A DNA stretch of 63,896 bases, filler included, from Cercozoa sp. M6MM (GCA_040357565.1; 11 parts of 11 records of this genome joined end to end with filler, not necessarily neighbours in it); one strand, 5' to 3'; counted from the first letter of the whole stretch, positions 23,222 to 37,447 are shown. Notes: generated from the letters alone by a model not told the origin. Made by a program: numbers and translations.

Positions 23222-26020
23222 ACTACACAAAGCAGTAGTATTTAAATTGAGTCCAGGACGCGAATGTGCCTTCGTCGAAACCGCTTTTACGCAGAGATAG
23301 TAAAGTGGGTAGGGTAGCATCAATGGTGCCCTGCAAAAAGGGGAGGGTAATACAATACAGTGTCGGAGTACAAACGCACCACTAGCTACCGATGTGCACT
23401 GTACCGAACAAGCTCTGTTAAATTGTTAATCCATGTCCGCCAAAGATTTGCTCACTTGGGCTGCATGGAAGCGAGAACGGTCGGCCAATGAAGCAGCACT
23501 CTTTGATATGATACCGTGCTGAGCTGGAGGTGCATTTTCCGTTTCCGACAATACGGAATGTACGCTGGCGGCTTCTCTCAGCGTTGAGCGCACTATCGGC
23601 GGCAATTTTGACGGGTCAATGTACTTCGCGAGCGAAAGCAAGTCTGTCGTGATTCTGCAAGAAACCGCAGCTGCAATAGCGCCAAAAATCACGGAAAGGA
23701 AAAGAGAGCACGTGTCGCTGTCGATGTGGAAGACATCGTCCCAACTCGAATCGTCATCTTCTTGTGCGTTCGTGGAATCGTAGTACCGTTCAAGTGTCTG
23801 GACAAATTGCAAAGAAAGGGACCTCGCTTTGCATCAGTGAACGAATTGTCACAGCCTACCTTGCAGAACATGCGTGGCACGATGACGTGCTTGAAAGGCA
23901 TGTTACGTACGAGAAACCACTGAAGACATGTGCGCCATAAACTGGTCGTCCAACAGATACACGTTAAATCGAACTCACATCGCGAACGTCGGAGAGAAGC
24001 CGCGTTGCGCTCGCGCGGAGCAGCTGCTGCACCATGTCCGAGTTTTCGACAGAGACGGAGCGACCCAGGTTGTTGTACATGTCGAGTGGGTCCAGCACAT
24101 TCAGAAAGTACTCTTCTCGTTCTGGGTGCGCGTGGTCATGTGCACCCATTCGCACAGGCAAGCCGCTGCTGGGAAGTTCGTGCTTGGGCAACGAGCCTGT
24201 CCCGCCCAGCTTCCAAAGTAAAATTGGAATAATTGAAGGTCGGGGAAAGTAATACCATATCGCTTCACAGCGTATCGCCACCAGTTGGAAAAGTAAGCGA
24301 GCAGCTGAGGCGTGATGACAGCATTGTCGTCGTGGAACACATTGTACCAAGCTTGTCGAATCGCGTCAACATCGTCACCTTGCTCTCGTGCGACCACATG
24401 CGCATGCACGAGCCGTCCTCTTCTCCAAGCGTTCCGACAGAAGGGACCAAACACAGAGAACACGTTGCTTCTCCAATCAAAATGCGCCAAATCTTCGATC
24501 AAGAGTATCAACGCATCAATCGGGGTTTCGATTCGACTCACGTGCCGTGCAAACACGTTGAGCAGCAGTGTGCGAAGACAGTGCGAAGACAGCAAGCCTC
24601 GAGATCCGCCTACAATCTTCAGCTCACACTTCATCCACGCCTTGCACAGTATCGTCGACTGGTGGAACAGTGTGCCACCGACACGCGTTGCAACTTCGTC
24701 GAGCAAAGCGACCGCTGCCACACTGTGCGGTTGATTAACGCTCACGTCGACTTCAATGCTGTGGTTCCACCTTGCTTGCAACAGTTGCATACGTTTTGTT
24801 CGGAGCAGTTCGACCTAAGGTACATCTCAATTACTATATGAGATAAAGGGAATACACTTGAAAAAACGTATGCACCTCTGTAAAGCGAGGGTGCTTCCTC
24901 ACAGTTTCGACCACCGCCCCTGGCCAGGCGCACCTTTGCTGCCCATCCTTGTTGATCAGCGCAGAAAGAAGCTTTGGCTTTGCGAACATTGAGATGTCAA
25001 CATCAGAGTCGGGAAGAAACGTGTTCAGGGCCGAGCTCCCGACAGCAAGCGTTCGAGCGATCGGTACTTCCGAGCTCTTTTACACAGCCAACCCCAAACA
25101 ATGAAACCACCAAACCCACTGGTAGCCAACTTTTTGAGATTCAGTACTTCATCTTCCTTAAGAACAGAAGCGAACTCTTCAAGTGCAGCATTGATACACT
25201 GGGTCATATCTCGCAGGGCGGCAGAGCGAGCCTCTTTCGAAGCGACCGTCGGAGCAAGAAACCTCACCTATTTAAAAACGGGATTAAAGGAAATTTGGTT
25301 CTCTTAAATCGCATGCGAGTGAATTGCGGAGAAACAATGTAACAGACCACTTCGTCAATAGAACTTCGCACGCTCTCGTTGTACCGAAACAGTTCTGTTT
25401 CCTTCGACAACCAGAGAGAAGGCAGTTCTGTGTTTGAACCAAGGAAGTGTGCCCATTGCGACTGCCGAAGCTCAGCTGGAATCGGGTGCCTGTGGATGAG
25501 TTTGAACAACTAGCTACATATCTTTGAGACAAATGTGCTAGTATACCTGGATAGCTGTTTCTGGTGCTCACGCTGGAGCAATGTCGGCGACGCTGGCGAC
25601 TCCAACGGCCGCAACGGAACATTTAAATTTATACCTCTGCTCACCTGCAGCGGTACACACTGGACAGGTACGGCAGTATAGTAGGGTGGCGTTGCCCTTG
25701 CGTCTCTGGATCTGAACCGTTGTTCACGAAAAGCTTCTGCCCGTGAGGCAGCGACTGATTGCGCTCGATTCAATTCGGATTCGTATCTGCTGGTTTGAGG
25801 ACTTTGGAAATCTTGGTGCTCTGATCGATGATGATGGTGCTTGCGGTGGCGGTGTTTTTCTGTTCGTGTCGCAACAATCGATGTCTGTTAACAAGATTAA
25901 AAAGGCAGTACTTTCAGAACCGTGCCGGTATCGATGGTGGTGATGGCGGTGACCACGACTTTCATGTGAAGGAGCAGGACTTGAATGTGGTCGTGCTCCG
26001 GTCGGGTGATTTGGCTTCAA
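23222..26020 (-). CDS. Pol-beta-type nucleotidyltransferase with PAP/OAS1 substrate-binding domain (ends uncertain)
   Basis: GSSALNTFLPDSDVD catalytic motif (~24995-25050), VDVSVNQ, STILCKAW, GLLSSHCLRTLLL, LNVLDPLDMYNNLGRSVS. Confidence 0.8.
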
Positions 26021-26997
26021 AACGCGACCGTCGCGCCGAGGGCTTCGCTTTTTCTCACTTGCATCGTCATCGACTAAGTTTAAAATTTAAAAACTCAGCT
26101 GTCAGCTCTTTCCAAACTCACTGTGTGATCTTAATGACTTACCATAACTTCGTTGTTTCGGGGCAAGGGTATGCGGGGTTGCCACTGGTGTAACGGATAC
26201 CGGTGAGCTTGCATCAAGAAACGAATTTCGCATGCAAAGGGCAGCGTCTCGGGTCGAGTCTTTCTGATTCCCGCGCTCCCTCTGTTGAACTCGGTTCCGT
26301 CTTCCAGCTGTAATTGCCTTTGCAACTAACGATCAACAAATGCAAAAGAACATACTCTCGCCGCGTGAGGTCGCACGAGCACGAGACTGACTGCCACTCA
26401 TTCGTTTTCAGACGGGAGTTTCGTTCTGCAAAAACAGCTTAAAATTTCAAATGGATAAAGGTTTGTGGGCTTACGTCGAGTGTCGGAACCAAATTAGCCA
26501 GCACAATGCCTGCGGCACTCTATCGCGCGACTTATCCTGAGCTGTGACGAAACGGACAAAATAAAACGTAGGTGACCTGGGGAGTTTCGTGTCAGTCGGA
26601 TTGACCCGCCGGTCCTGTGCCACGACCGAGTTTCGGTAGCATGGCAGCAAACAGCAATCACAAGATACAGTTCAGACAACTTGAAGCAACTACTGTAGGC
26701 AGCTGTAATTTGCTTCAGTTGCACCGCACAGTCGGTTTGCACATCATGCATGTGTCAGGTGTGCATCGCGTGATGCAACGACGCACGATTGCATCGGTAC
26801 GGCAGTGCATTGAGTTGCTGCCGTACAGTTATAGTAAGTATACATAGTAAGTTGGTGCAATGAGTGGATTGATTTCCGCGAATTCAAGAGCACATACGAT
26901 ATACATACGACGCGATGGATACTGCAATCAAATTAATCAATATTTATTGAAGGGGAGTGACGTTGCAACGACGCGACGCTAGCGTAGACAGCATCCC

Positions 26998-27505
26998 TTA
27001 CTTGTGGTACACGATGGCGCCGCAGCGGTCGGAGAACTTGAAACGCGACACGAACGGTGAGCCAGCGTATATGGCGCAGTCCGATGACTCGCCTAAGCAG
27101 ACGTTCCATTCAATTTTGAAAGCACAGCCCTCAAAATACACCAGACAAATACGTACCACCGAGAGCGCCATCGGTGACTTCAAAGGCGAGTGTTGGGGCT
27201 TTTCGAATCGCACCCAGCAAGACATTGAAGCCCATCATGTTGCATGCACGCTCGGCCTCTCTGCCCAAGGAACAGCAAGGGTTAGCAAAGTCAGAGGGAT
27301 GTTGGAGAACGGTACAATCGCTGCTGATTGTGTCGAGTGTCTTTTTCGTTGAAAACACTCAACACACACGGGAAGAACTCTGTGAGTGCACTCGCCAAGG
27401 CATGCATGGCCTCGAGTGTGCCACCCAGTACGCCCGCATTGTACATTGCCGGTCCCTTGCCTTTACTCGACAGCCAACTCGGTCTCTTTCGCGTCGGGTA
27501 GCAGT
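26998..27505 (-). CDS. 3' exons of an unidentified gene (partial)
   Basis: Plausible spliced end ...AFEVTDGALG/GESSDCAIYAGSPF...VYHK-TAA; frame not certain. Confidence 0.3.
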
Positions 27506-27639
27506 NNNNNNNNNNNNNNNNNNNNNNNNNNNNNNNNNNNNNNNNNNNNTTAATTAATTAANNNNNNNNNNNNNNNNNNNNNNNNNNNNNNNNNNNNNNN
27601 NNNNNATATATATATATATATAAATATATATGTGCCCAG

Positions 27640-28479
27640 GAGAGGGAACGTCCGGTGCTGTTCCGACACCTGACACTGCGACTGGCGGTGCGGCCGGTGC
27701 TTCCGCGCGGAGGCGTCGCGAGTATCAACGAAACCGTTGCTGCGGACGTCGAGTGGCAACTCATGGGCTTTCATGTATGCGATGCCTCGATAGATCGTTA
27801 TATACACTTATTTATTTGCGTTTGTGTTTTCTACTTCCCCTCACACAAAGATCATTCCCGGGGCGATGCTGCCGATCGATGACGAGGCGCAGAACTACGG
27901 CACGCAGGTGCGCATGACGTATTCGGTCGAATACTATGCTTTCCAGGTACAGTACTCGTATACACAGACTACCTGGCTCAGGGTATTGCACTTAGGGCGT
28001 GGACAAGGCCTTCAAGACACTCACCAGCATCGATGCCGAGGGTGGTACATTAACACAAGGTTCCATACAGCGGGACATGCGACCGTACTCGTAAACTCCA
28101 GGTAAACGTGTCGACAGTCGAAGCGAGTCCGAGAAAGTTCGCTGGAAGGACTTTGACCTCGATGCGCCTTTGGGCGCGCGATACGACCTCACGCAGAGCT
28201 CGCTGCTAGACTCGCTGCACGCTGTAGTTTGGACTCTTTCATTCTTCGGACATATGCCTATCTTGAGATGGGAGACAGGAATGGTAAGTTGACTATGTGC
28301 AGTGGGCACCGACCTCCCTAATGGCCTCGTCGCTGCCGATCGGCATGCGTGCTTTCTCGCTCTTCGTACGCGCCTTCCCTATCTGTCTCTCTATCTATCT
28401 ATCTATCTATCTATCTCTCCATCCATCCATCTATCTATCTATCTATCTATCTATCTATTTTCTATCTATCTATCTATCT

Positions 28480-28529
<50 letters not shown>

Positions 28530-28539
28530 NNNNNNNNNN

Positions 28540-28602
<63 letters not shown>

Positions 28603-30479
28603 TTGGTGTCTCTTTCTGCTGATGTAAAGCAAGGTGACTGCAGGTGTCGCTGCTGGTGGTGTCGGTCGGCGTCGTCTCGGTGTCGTGTATCCTGCTGTCG
28701 ACACTGCGAGCCGACTTGCGCCGCTTCTCGCGTCTGTCGCTGCTGCCTCTGCGCGACTGGACCGACCTGGTATGTATCTGTATACATATGTATAATCATG
28801 TGTGTGCGTATGTGTGTGTGGGCCAGGAGGAGAACGACACCGGGTGGAAGCAGCTGCAGAACGACGTGCTGCGCCGACCGAGACACGCGCCGGTGCACAG
28901 TGCCATGACTGGTGTGTCGGTCCAGTTGTGCGCTACTCTGCTCGGTCTGGCCACGTGGGCCACGGTACCTTCTCCATAGTAAACGTGGTAGCGTAGCATA
29001 CGAGTGCCTAAACTAAACTGGTAGCTGCGACCTGCACACGCACTGCTGGCACGGGGTACTTTCCCTTCCCCCTTGTGAATTTACTCTCTTTACTCCTTTG
29101 CCCCTAGGCGACATGGCCAGCACGGCCGTGCTGATGTTCTGCGTCGCGCAGTTTTTCGCCGGTCTCGCAACGACACTGCACGCACGTTTCTTTGCCGAAG
29201 AGTGCGCTCCCTTAACTACCAGGTCTCGTTTTGTACTGTTGCACTATTGGTGTACTGAGTTTTAAGTACACTCTACTGCAGTACGCCGACGACACACGAG
29301 AAACGACAATTTCCGGCCGCCTTTGCCGTCACGCTGGCACTCTTGTATTCTGTCCTAGGTGTTATTAGTATTTACCCCCCCCCCCCGGCGGTGTGTCGCC
29401 CTATACACCCAGGTGTCCAACGTTGGTGCTGCTGGTGTCGACGTTGGCATCGCAGGCGTCGTTGGCGGCTTCGTTGTGCGTACTGGCGGCCTGGTGCTTC
29501 CTGGCGCTGCCACTGCACGTTGCCGGGTATTGTGTCAGCCTATAGCTACTGCCCTCAGGAAGGTGAACCGCATTGACTGGTGTATGTGTACGACTGACAG
29601 GTGCGTCGTGGGCGCCAAGCTGCGGCTGCCCAAGGCGCCATGTCGAGCCACGATGACGCGGCGTCCCATCCCGATGTTGGTGCTGGTCCAGGAGGACAAA
29701 AACAGCACTACTAAGTTTGTCTCTTCTGTGACTTCCTTGTGGCGACTGGTGAAACATCGTGACTGGCATACCATCCTGCGAGTACGCTTTGCCTCTGTCT
29801 CTGTCTCTGTGTCTCTGTTTCTCTATCTCTCCGTCTCTGTCTCTCTGTCTGTATCTCTGTCTCTCTGTCTTGGTATATACTCTATCGATAGGAGTACTCG
29901 CAACCAATGCACTTGGCCGTCGTGAGTGCCGTTCCCATCGCAGCTGTTGCCTTTGTGTAACCCTACCTCCCCTCCTGTCCTTTTGCCTTTTGAGACACTG
30001 CAGTTTATAAATGTGAGGGTGACACAGGGAGATGTACTTGACACTGGGTGCCTTCTGGCACAGCGCCGGCCTGCTGGCACCGGCGGCGCTGCCCTACGCT
30101 CTCGTGTCGCTGCTGTGCTTCCTGTGCATGTGCGTCTGCACAGCTTGCGTGTCCACCTACACTCTGCTGGTACTGAATACATTGTACTTTGGACGATACC
30201 TATTTACTAACTGCCCCCCCCCCCTTTCAGAGTGCCGAGAACTGGCAGTGGACGCAACTGCCCCCTTTGATGGGACTGTGCTTTGGTCTCTTTGTGTGCG
30301 CCGTGTCCTTCGTGTTCTGGCTGATGCACACGGCCTTTGGCAGTGCTACCGCATTGCTTCTGTACGCTTGCGGTACGGTGCTTCTGGCGGCGCTCAGCAG
30401 CCTCCTGGTGGCCGGCCTGTCGCACCTGTCGGCTCTCGTCTTCGTGTGCCTCGTCTACCGTGCCGTCCACAGCGATTAG
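27640..30479 (+). CDS. Nonaspanin/TM9SF (EMP70) family protein, divergent, 5' truncated
   Basis: MTYSVEY, ILLSTLRADLRRF, ENDTGWKQLQNDVLRRP, PCRATMTRRPIP, ENWQW and multiple TM exons. Confidence 0.85.
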
Positions 30480-30948
30480 CTATGCTAACGCACCGTACCC
30501 TACTGCTGCACAGTATAAATCGAAACAGATAAGAATTTACAGCTGGTCCCTGTAATTAAGTGCTAAACATCGATACTAAATTTAAGCACGTGAAATGCAG
30601 GCGCGGAGACGGCGAGTCTCAAGTCGCGTTGAAGACACGCATACACCTCGCCTTACTTTTGCTCCCTCCTTAAAGGTGGCTAGCGCGCGTCAAGAACTCG
30701 AATCCAAGAATGCGATCATCATGTTGAACTGAATCTCACGGTTGTAGCACCGAAGCCTGCTACACTGGCACAGACTGGGTTTTACGCAGACGAACAGGAA
30801 CCCGAACCCAGGTGGATGCGATGCGAGTAGAATACTCGTATAGACAATCGAATAATTCTATGCTACTAGTACTGTATGACGTGGTATCTTGTCCGTCTCT
30901 ATCGTATTCCATTCCATCCCGTTCCGTTCCGGGGGTCAGTGCAATCGA

Positions 30949-31298
30949 TCACAGCGGCTCGACGCACACCGAATCGAACACGTCAGCGTACAGGTCGGCG
31001 ATCTGCGCGGCCGTGCAGAGACGCGGGTTGTTGTTGGGCGACCCGCTGGCCAGTGCCTGCACCGCCCTGTCCACATGTACACCAGCATATGGCGGACCGT
31101 ACACATCGCACAGTACACATCACAGTACACATGGTAGTAAAAGTAGACATCACGGTACATCTCGGGAATGGCTTTGAAGTAGGCCTCCTTGGCCTTGGCC
31201 GTGTCGTGCAGCGAGTTGGTCAAGAAGGCCTGCGGCGTCGGCACCTCCAACTCGTGGTTCAGCGCCGATAGCGACTGCACCAACTGCCGGCACGCCTC
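30949..31298 (-). CDS. Iron-containing alcohol dehydrogenase, 3' end (partial)
   Basis: LEVPTP...AIPEM/AVQALASGSPNNNPR...IADLY is the Fe-ADH C-terminal signature. Confidence 0.8.
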
Positions 31299-31339
31299 CT
31301 GGGGGTAAGGGGTAAAGTGGGGGTAAAGGCAAGGTAGAA

Positions 31340-31395
<56 letters not shown>

Positions 31396-31505
31396 NNNNN
31401 NNNNNNNNNNNNNNNNNNNNNNNNNNNNNNNNNNNNNNNTTAATTAATTAANNNNNNNNNNNNNNNNNNNNNNNNNNNNNNNNNNNNNNNNNNNNAAGCA
31501 CACAC

Positions 31506-31559
<54 letters not shown>

Positions 31560-31563
<4 letters not shown>

Positions 31564-34500
31564 AGACAAAGTGAGCAAGGTACAAAGTTGACAGTTTGGC
31601 CAAGGGCGTATGGCAGCATCGTTACTCCTCTACATCACAAAGACGAAAATTATATATATATACATATATAACAGGAGATCCTACGATGTGGTAGCTTGTG
31701 CAAAGTCCGTGCGGAACAGCATGCTGTTGTTTCCGCTTTGACACTCAACACGACTCATCGAGTCAGACTCAATGCACTACGCAGTTGTGCACACAGAAGC
31801 CAGGGTTCGCATACAGAAGGTACACCAAGCACAGACAAATATACGGTGTTGTCGTCGTACTCCAAACGATAACCGCCGAATTCACTCATGCTACAGGGTG
31901 CACAATGACCAAAACACCAAAGAAACCGAGGCAACTGGTGGTACGCGTCCAAGCCAGCAGACAAGCCGACGAAGCCGGCCAGTTGAGACGTCGCAGGCAG
32001 TCGCAGACGTAAAGTTTGTGTCTACACAAAGACCAAACATTTCGAGTGTACCGAGCACATGTTAGTATCAGACTACCACGTCGGAGTCGGCAAGAACACA
32101 GTCAAGTTTCGGTATCGGATACTGCAGGAGTACTTGCTTAACACTCAAGCTGGAAAAGGCTACCCAAGCAGGTATGTACCGAGGAGAAAAAGCTGGAAGT
32201 AGCACTGAAGCGCAAGAAGTTGCATGCTGCACAGTGTTGCGGGTGCCCTCCTTGTCCCTGCAAACACGGGGGATGCACACCCAGAATACACAGGATGCAG
32301 ACACAAAAGGTAAAGTACGTCGAGTTCGCAGAGTTTTATGGCATGAGTTGTGACTTGCCACTATTTCACAATTGTACAAAGGATACAGAGGACACAGGCG
32401 TGCATGCTATGTGTGTACATGAACATCGACACTCGCAGTGACAACGAGATCGTGGAGGTCATTGACACCGAGTGCTCCTAGTTCCTGCTCGCAACACTAG
32501 ATTGGCACACACAACACCGGCACAGCGAATACCGAGCCGTCGTCAGCAAGCACAACGAAAGAAAATCCGTTCACTGTCAAGCAGGACAGGCATATTCATC
32601 TCACAGACACCGCCATACGGATTCAGACAGACACATACCACGACGAATCAGACGGAACTGGACCGTGTCCTTGAAGCTACACACACGAGGGAACTCTCAC
32701 ACACTTCAAACATACGACAGAATGCACTGGCAGCGCCTACCGGTCAGTGCTGTTCCACTGTGATTGGCTGCGAATCTCGCCGTGCACCTGCAGAGAGTCT
32801 CAAGAGTAGCACAACAAACAACAACAACACGCACTTACAGACAGATTGAAAGAGTGGTACCTCGTTGTTAACACTGACGAACATGTGCGTATGCGGCAAC
32901 ATGTTCGTACTGCTCGGAACGGACACAAATGGTAACGCAGAGATCAAAATCTGTCCAAGTCCAGAAGAGGTACACGTCGGCGTCGCGAGTGTCGGTCCAT
33001 GCCAGTGCGAACGTGTCGGCGTCGTGCAACACAGGTGATGCGCTCATCGAGGACGTCAGGCGCACACGCGGCACCACCTGGAACTGCAGCTTCGTGTTCC
33101 ACGCTTCGTTCAGGTACTGAGTCTCCTACGGACACACAAACAAAGACATACAGGCCCGCACACACATGCACACACATCACAAGTACTGATCGGTACCCAA
33201 GGCAGCACGGAGGGCCGATTTGAGGAACTAGTGACACCCACGATGCCAACCGACTGCTGTTGCAGCGAGATCTCGTGCATCGGGTCGAAACTGCACATCG
33301 TTGCATCGAAACACAAACGCTCAGTATCGAAACAGTACCCGTGGTCTTCCGCAGTGTCAGAGTGCTCGGCTAGTGAGTTCTACACACAATGCGGTGCTCC
33401 ACTAGGAGCATATACCAAAATTAAGTAGAGAAGGGTACCCGGTCGAAGGCAATCGACGTGCCGCACATGGACACCGACAAGCGAGTCTGTGTCACAAATG
33501 ACGCTGAAGCTTTCCGAATGCGAAACCTTGCGAAAGGAGGATATACCAATGTCTCGAAGTCAAAGTTAATGACTACAAACAAATGCACAAGTCACACACA
33601 CACACACACACTCACACACACACACTCACACGCACGCACGCACGCAATGGGGAGCATACCGGTAGGTTCAACACTCGCCGATTGCACATACAGCGGGAAG
33701 GCAGTCTATGCATGTGCACATATAGCTACCGCAGACACAGGAAGAAGGCAGTTATACCTGCTGCAGAACTGTAGCGTCGAGAGGGAGGTATCTGCCACCC
33801 ACGTACTTTTGTTCCGTTTTCACTAAGCACAAAGCACATGTACAACACGCAAAGACGCACAAACAAAACATGAAAGCACTGGCAGTACTGTCTAAGAAAG
33901 TGTAGCGCAAAAATGCATCAGACGGCAGCTGGTCCATCAATTCGCGCACTCCCTCATCCACGTCAAAGAAAGCAAACGGTCCCGAGTAGCGCGGATGCAC
34001 TCCGTTTGACACCCTGTACACAACAATGAAGTACTCCAACTTTCAGGCAATACACGAGAGCCATGGAGAGAGGAAGCTTACGCCTGTGCAGCGACAAGGA
34101 CACTCGCAGAAACCACTCGAATCTCGATCGGCGTTTTAAACGTCACTTCTGCGTCGAACCATTCAAAAAAGCTTCCTGTACAAAGTACATACAAGCGTAC
34201 CAGGCGCATTCTCAAAGGACACCGTGATCACGACCTTGTCCACGATGTCACTACGCGCGGGGGGGGGGGGGTATTCAAAGAACACCCATACGCGACAGAG
34301 AATAGAGTGTACCTCACAAGAGGCCCATCGGCACTGAAAACGACACTGCCTTGCAGGACATCGACCAGCAGCACCGTGTCGCCACTGCATTTGATACAAA
34401 CCAAAGCTTCCCCAAGCTTTCCAGTCAATCTTTTAAAAATCGTACGAAAACAAGAGCGAAATCTGAGTCGAACTGGCGAGCGACACCTGCATACAGAAGT

Positions 34501-35635
34501 GCACACAGCAATGCCCAGCACATCACAAGGGAACCTAAGCAATCCTACGTTGCTGTGTGGCTCAAACATGACGGCAGGCAGTCTAAACAACGGTCCGGTA
34601 ACACCCTCCTTCTGCTCAGATCAAGTGGAATATGAACGACTCTAAACCAGAAGAGACAAAGCTGCTACCGCAAAGATCGGCGCAAGCTGCATATCAAAAC
34701 TCGGTTGCGACAAGTCGCTGTCGCTGCCCGGAACTTCGGCACTACAAAAAACAGCATGACCAAACACAGACACAGACATAACCTGGCTGTTAAGACTATC
34801 CAGTGTAGTACAAGTTGTGGTCCAGCACAGTTCGATTGGCCCGGCCGGGAGTCATGTCCTGCGTCGCAACCAGCTGCACTTGCGAGTCGAAGATCTCGAC
34901 ACGCGAAAGCGCAGCAGACTGCGACTGGGTTCTTTCGAGCGGGTCATCCTACCCGCCAAAAGCGACATATTCAACAGGCAGTACCCGGAACAGGAAGATA
35001 CCAAGACAAATTCGCCATTCTCAAGAGTCATCTAACAACGCATACACACACTGCAAGCACCCTGAAAGCAACAGCCGCCTTTAGGAAAGCTACCGAGTTG
35101 CCAACTGCATCACGGTTCCAGGTCAGTACGATCGAACCCAAGCTCTCCTTCATGGTGAACACGTTGCGGCACTGCGACGGGTGCGTTTCTTGCTCCTTCA
35201 GCAGCGTCGATGCGGGTGCACCCTGTCCATACACCAGTACAATTATTGAGTCAAACCTAACCTCTGACAGTGAGAAAGCGCGTGTGTACCGAAGAAGGCA
35301 CCAACACGAGCTTTGCCAGCATCGAGCACGACACGTCGCACATCTGTTACCACATACACACATAAAACGTAGAGGCAAGGAGAAGCATTTGTCGTGGTAG
35401 ATACCGCTGTTGGCACGAGCGAGGGCATAGCGTCGATCGTGGCAAAAGACACTCCCTCGGACACAAGGCGCTACAGTCTCATGCGTTATCCCCATACGTT
35501 CATTAAAGACACATCGGCACTCACTCAATGCTAATGTACCTGCGCACTGCAGTCGCGACGACACGCGTCGCCAAAAGGCGCGCCACGATCGACTTTGACT
35601 AACTGCAGCATGTCCATGTTCGCGCTCACTCCAGC
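31560..35635 (-). CDS. Large multi-exon hypothetical protein (internal fragment)
   Basis: Regular alternation of open segments (e.g. LEYFIVVYRVSNG..., YLNEAWNTKLQFQVVPR...) with short introns readable GT..AG on the minus strand; no family recognised. Confidence 0.45.
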
Positions 35636-35657
35636 TGCAATACACAGACACACACCA

Positions 35658-35786
<129 letters not shown>

Positions 35787-35891
35787 CACACNNNNNNNNN
35801 NNNNNNNNNNNNNNNNNNNNNNNNNNNNNNNNNNNTTAATTAATTAANNNNNNNNNNNNNNNNNNNNNNNNNNNNNNNNNNNNNNNNNNNN

Positions 35892-35940
<49 letters not shown>

Positions 35941-36300
35941 TTGCACGTTTTGCCTGCGTAGGCCACGGCGCGGAATCCGCGCTACAGAATGCAAGCGCTG
36001 ACTAGCAAAATGTGACCCATCAACGAAAGGCCAGTGCCTACAACCTGCCCTGATATTTAGACGAGCTTCGTAGATCGCAGATCACGATGTAGATGTCAGT
36101 AAATGCCTCGAACGGAGCTCTTAACTCAAAGCCCGGAATTCAAAGCCTGCCTCACGTCGGACTCGAACGGGCACTTGTCGACCTCCACGACTGAGTTTAA
36201 AACAGCTGATGGTCGTTTTTCTTTTACTTAGGTACTCTTGGCACAATTAATCCCGAGTCACTGTACACAAATTCTCGTTGTTGTTCCCGCAGCCCTCTCA

Positions 36301-37109
36301 GATAGGGATTAGGCCTTGGTAAATTAGGGTAATACAAAAAACCCAACGGTTCAGCTGGGCGGCAAAGCACTGGCACTGGCGAAAGACACCCGTCAGCTAG
36401 TATTCTCAATCGGTGTACTCGTTCTTATGTTGATCGGCCCAGCGACTTCTGGGCCAGTTGTGCCACGTTGGCCACTGTTTAGCTCGCTTGTAAAGTTCCA
36501 GTTAAGCGCCAACTCTTCCTATGAACTAATTTGGCGTGGTGTCGATTTCTGTTGTATACTAGAGGCGTTTCAGCTCAATGACAGCCCGTGCTGCGACTAA
36601 ACTGGGTTGCACTACTTGAGTGGTGGCCCATGACACGGAAAACTTAGATAATTTTGAAATCAATTGATGTCAAGGGCTCACTCAGCATTCTAGGCATACT
36701 CGATCGTGGGCCTCTTGGCTATGATCAAATGTAGTTTCTGTTCTTAATCTTGTAACAAAGATTAGCAGTCCTTCGTGACTGTCATTTCTGTTACTCACTG
36801 TTTGCGGTGACAGTCGGGTGTGTCGATGGCTTGCCACAGCACCCGGCGCGCATGGCACCTGGCTCACACTGCCCCAGGTCTCGCCGTGTCACTCCCCCTT
36901 TTTTGCACCCGGTCTCCTTTTCTTGACAGGATCAGGCCTTGGTAAATTGAGGGTACTTTGCCAGTGATACAGAGAAAAAACTAAGGAACGTAAGAAAGCC
37001 TGTTCTTGGAGGGAGAGTGGCCAAGTGTCAGTTTGAAGGAGTGAGTGACCAACGGTTCAGTTGGGCGGCAAAGCACCGATAGACGGGAAAGTCACCCGTG
37101 AGATGGTAA
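36301..37109 (+). repeat. Two diverged copies of a bipartite non-coding motif
   Basis: AGGCCTTGGTAAATT at 36311 and 36934; CCAACGGTTCAGYTGGGCGGCAAAGCAC at 36343 and 37049. Confidence 0.85.
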
Positions 37110-37447
37110 CTGTAGAAAGGACAGTCAGTAAAAAGGGTCCTTGATACGGAAAGGCGTCGTCAGAACTGAGTAGTGAGGATTCAGAAGTACTTGAGTTGGC
37201 GTGAAGTAAAGAAAAGAGGCCTCTGGTCGAGAGAGCCCTTCTTTGAGTTCAGCTGTAAAAATCTTGCTCAAGGCTTCCCAGCGAACGCACGTCAATATCT
37301 TCCATACCTCTCTTGAGGATTATTGTATGTTGTAGGGTTGCTTCCGCGCGGATACAGTAGTTCATGCTGTAACATCGTGCTGGGTAGTTTTTAGCGAGTT
37401 GCTTTATAAAATAACGAAAAACGGGACCCGAGACGCATGGTGTCAGC

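Noticed and set aside
36301-37260. Group I/II intron, telomerase RNA or U12 snRNA identity for the duplicated motif
   Set aside because: Only short word matches; diagnostic elements (P/Q/R/S, domain V, template, Sm site) are not found in order
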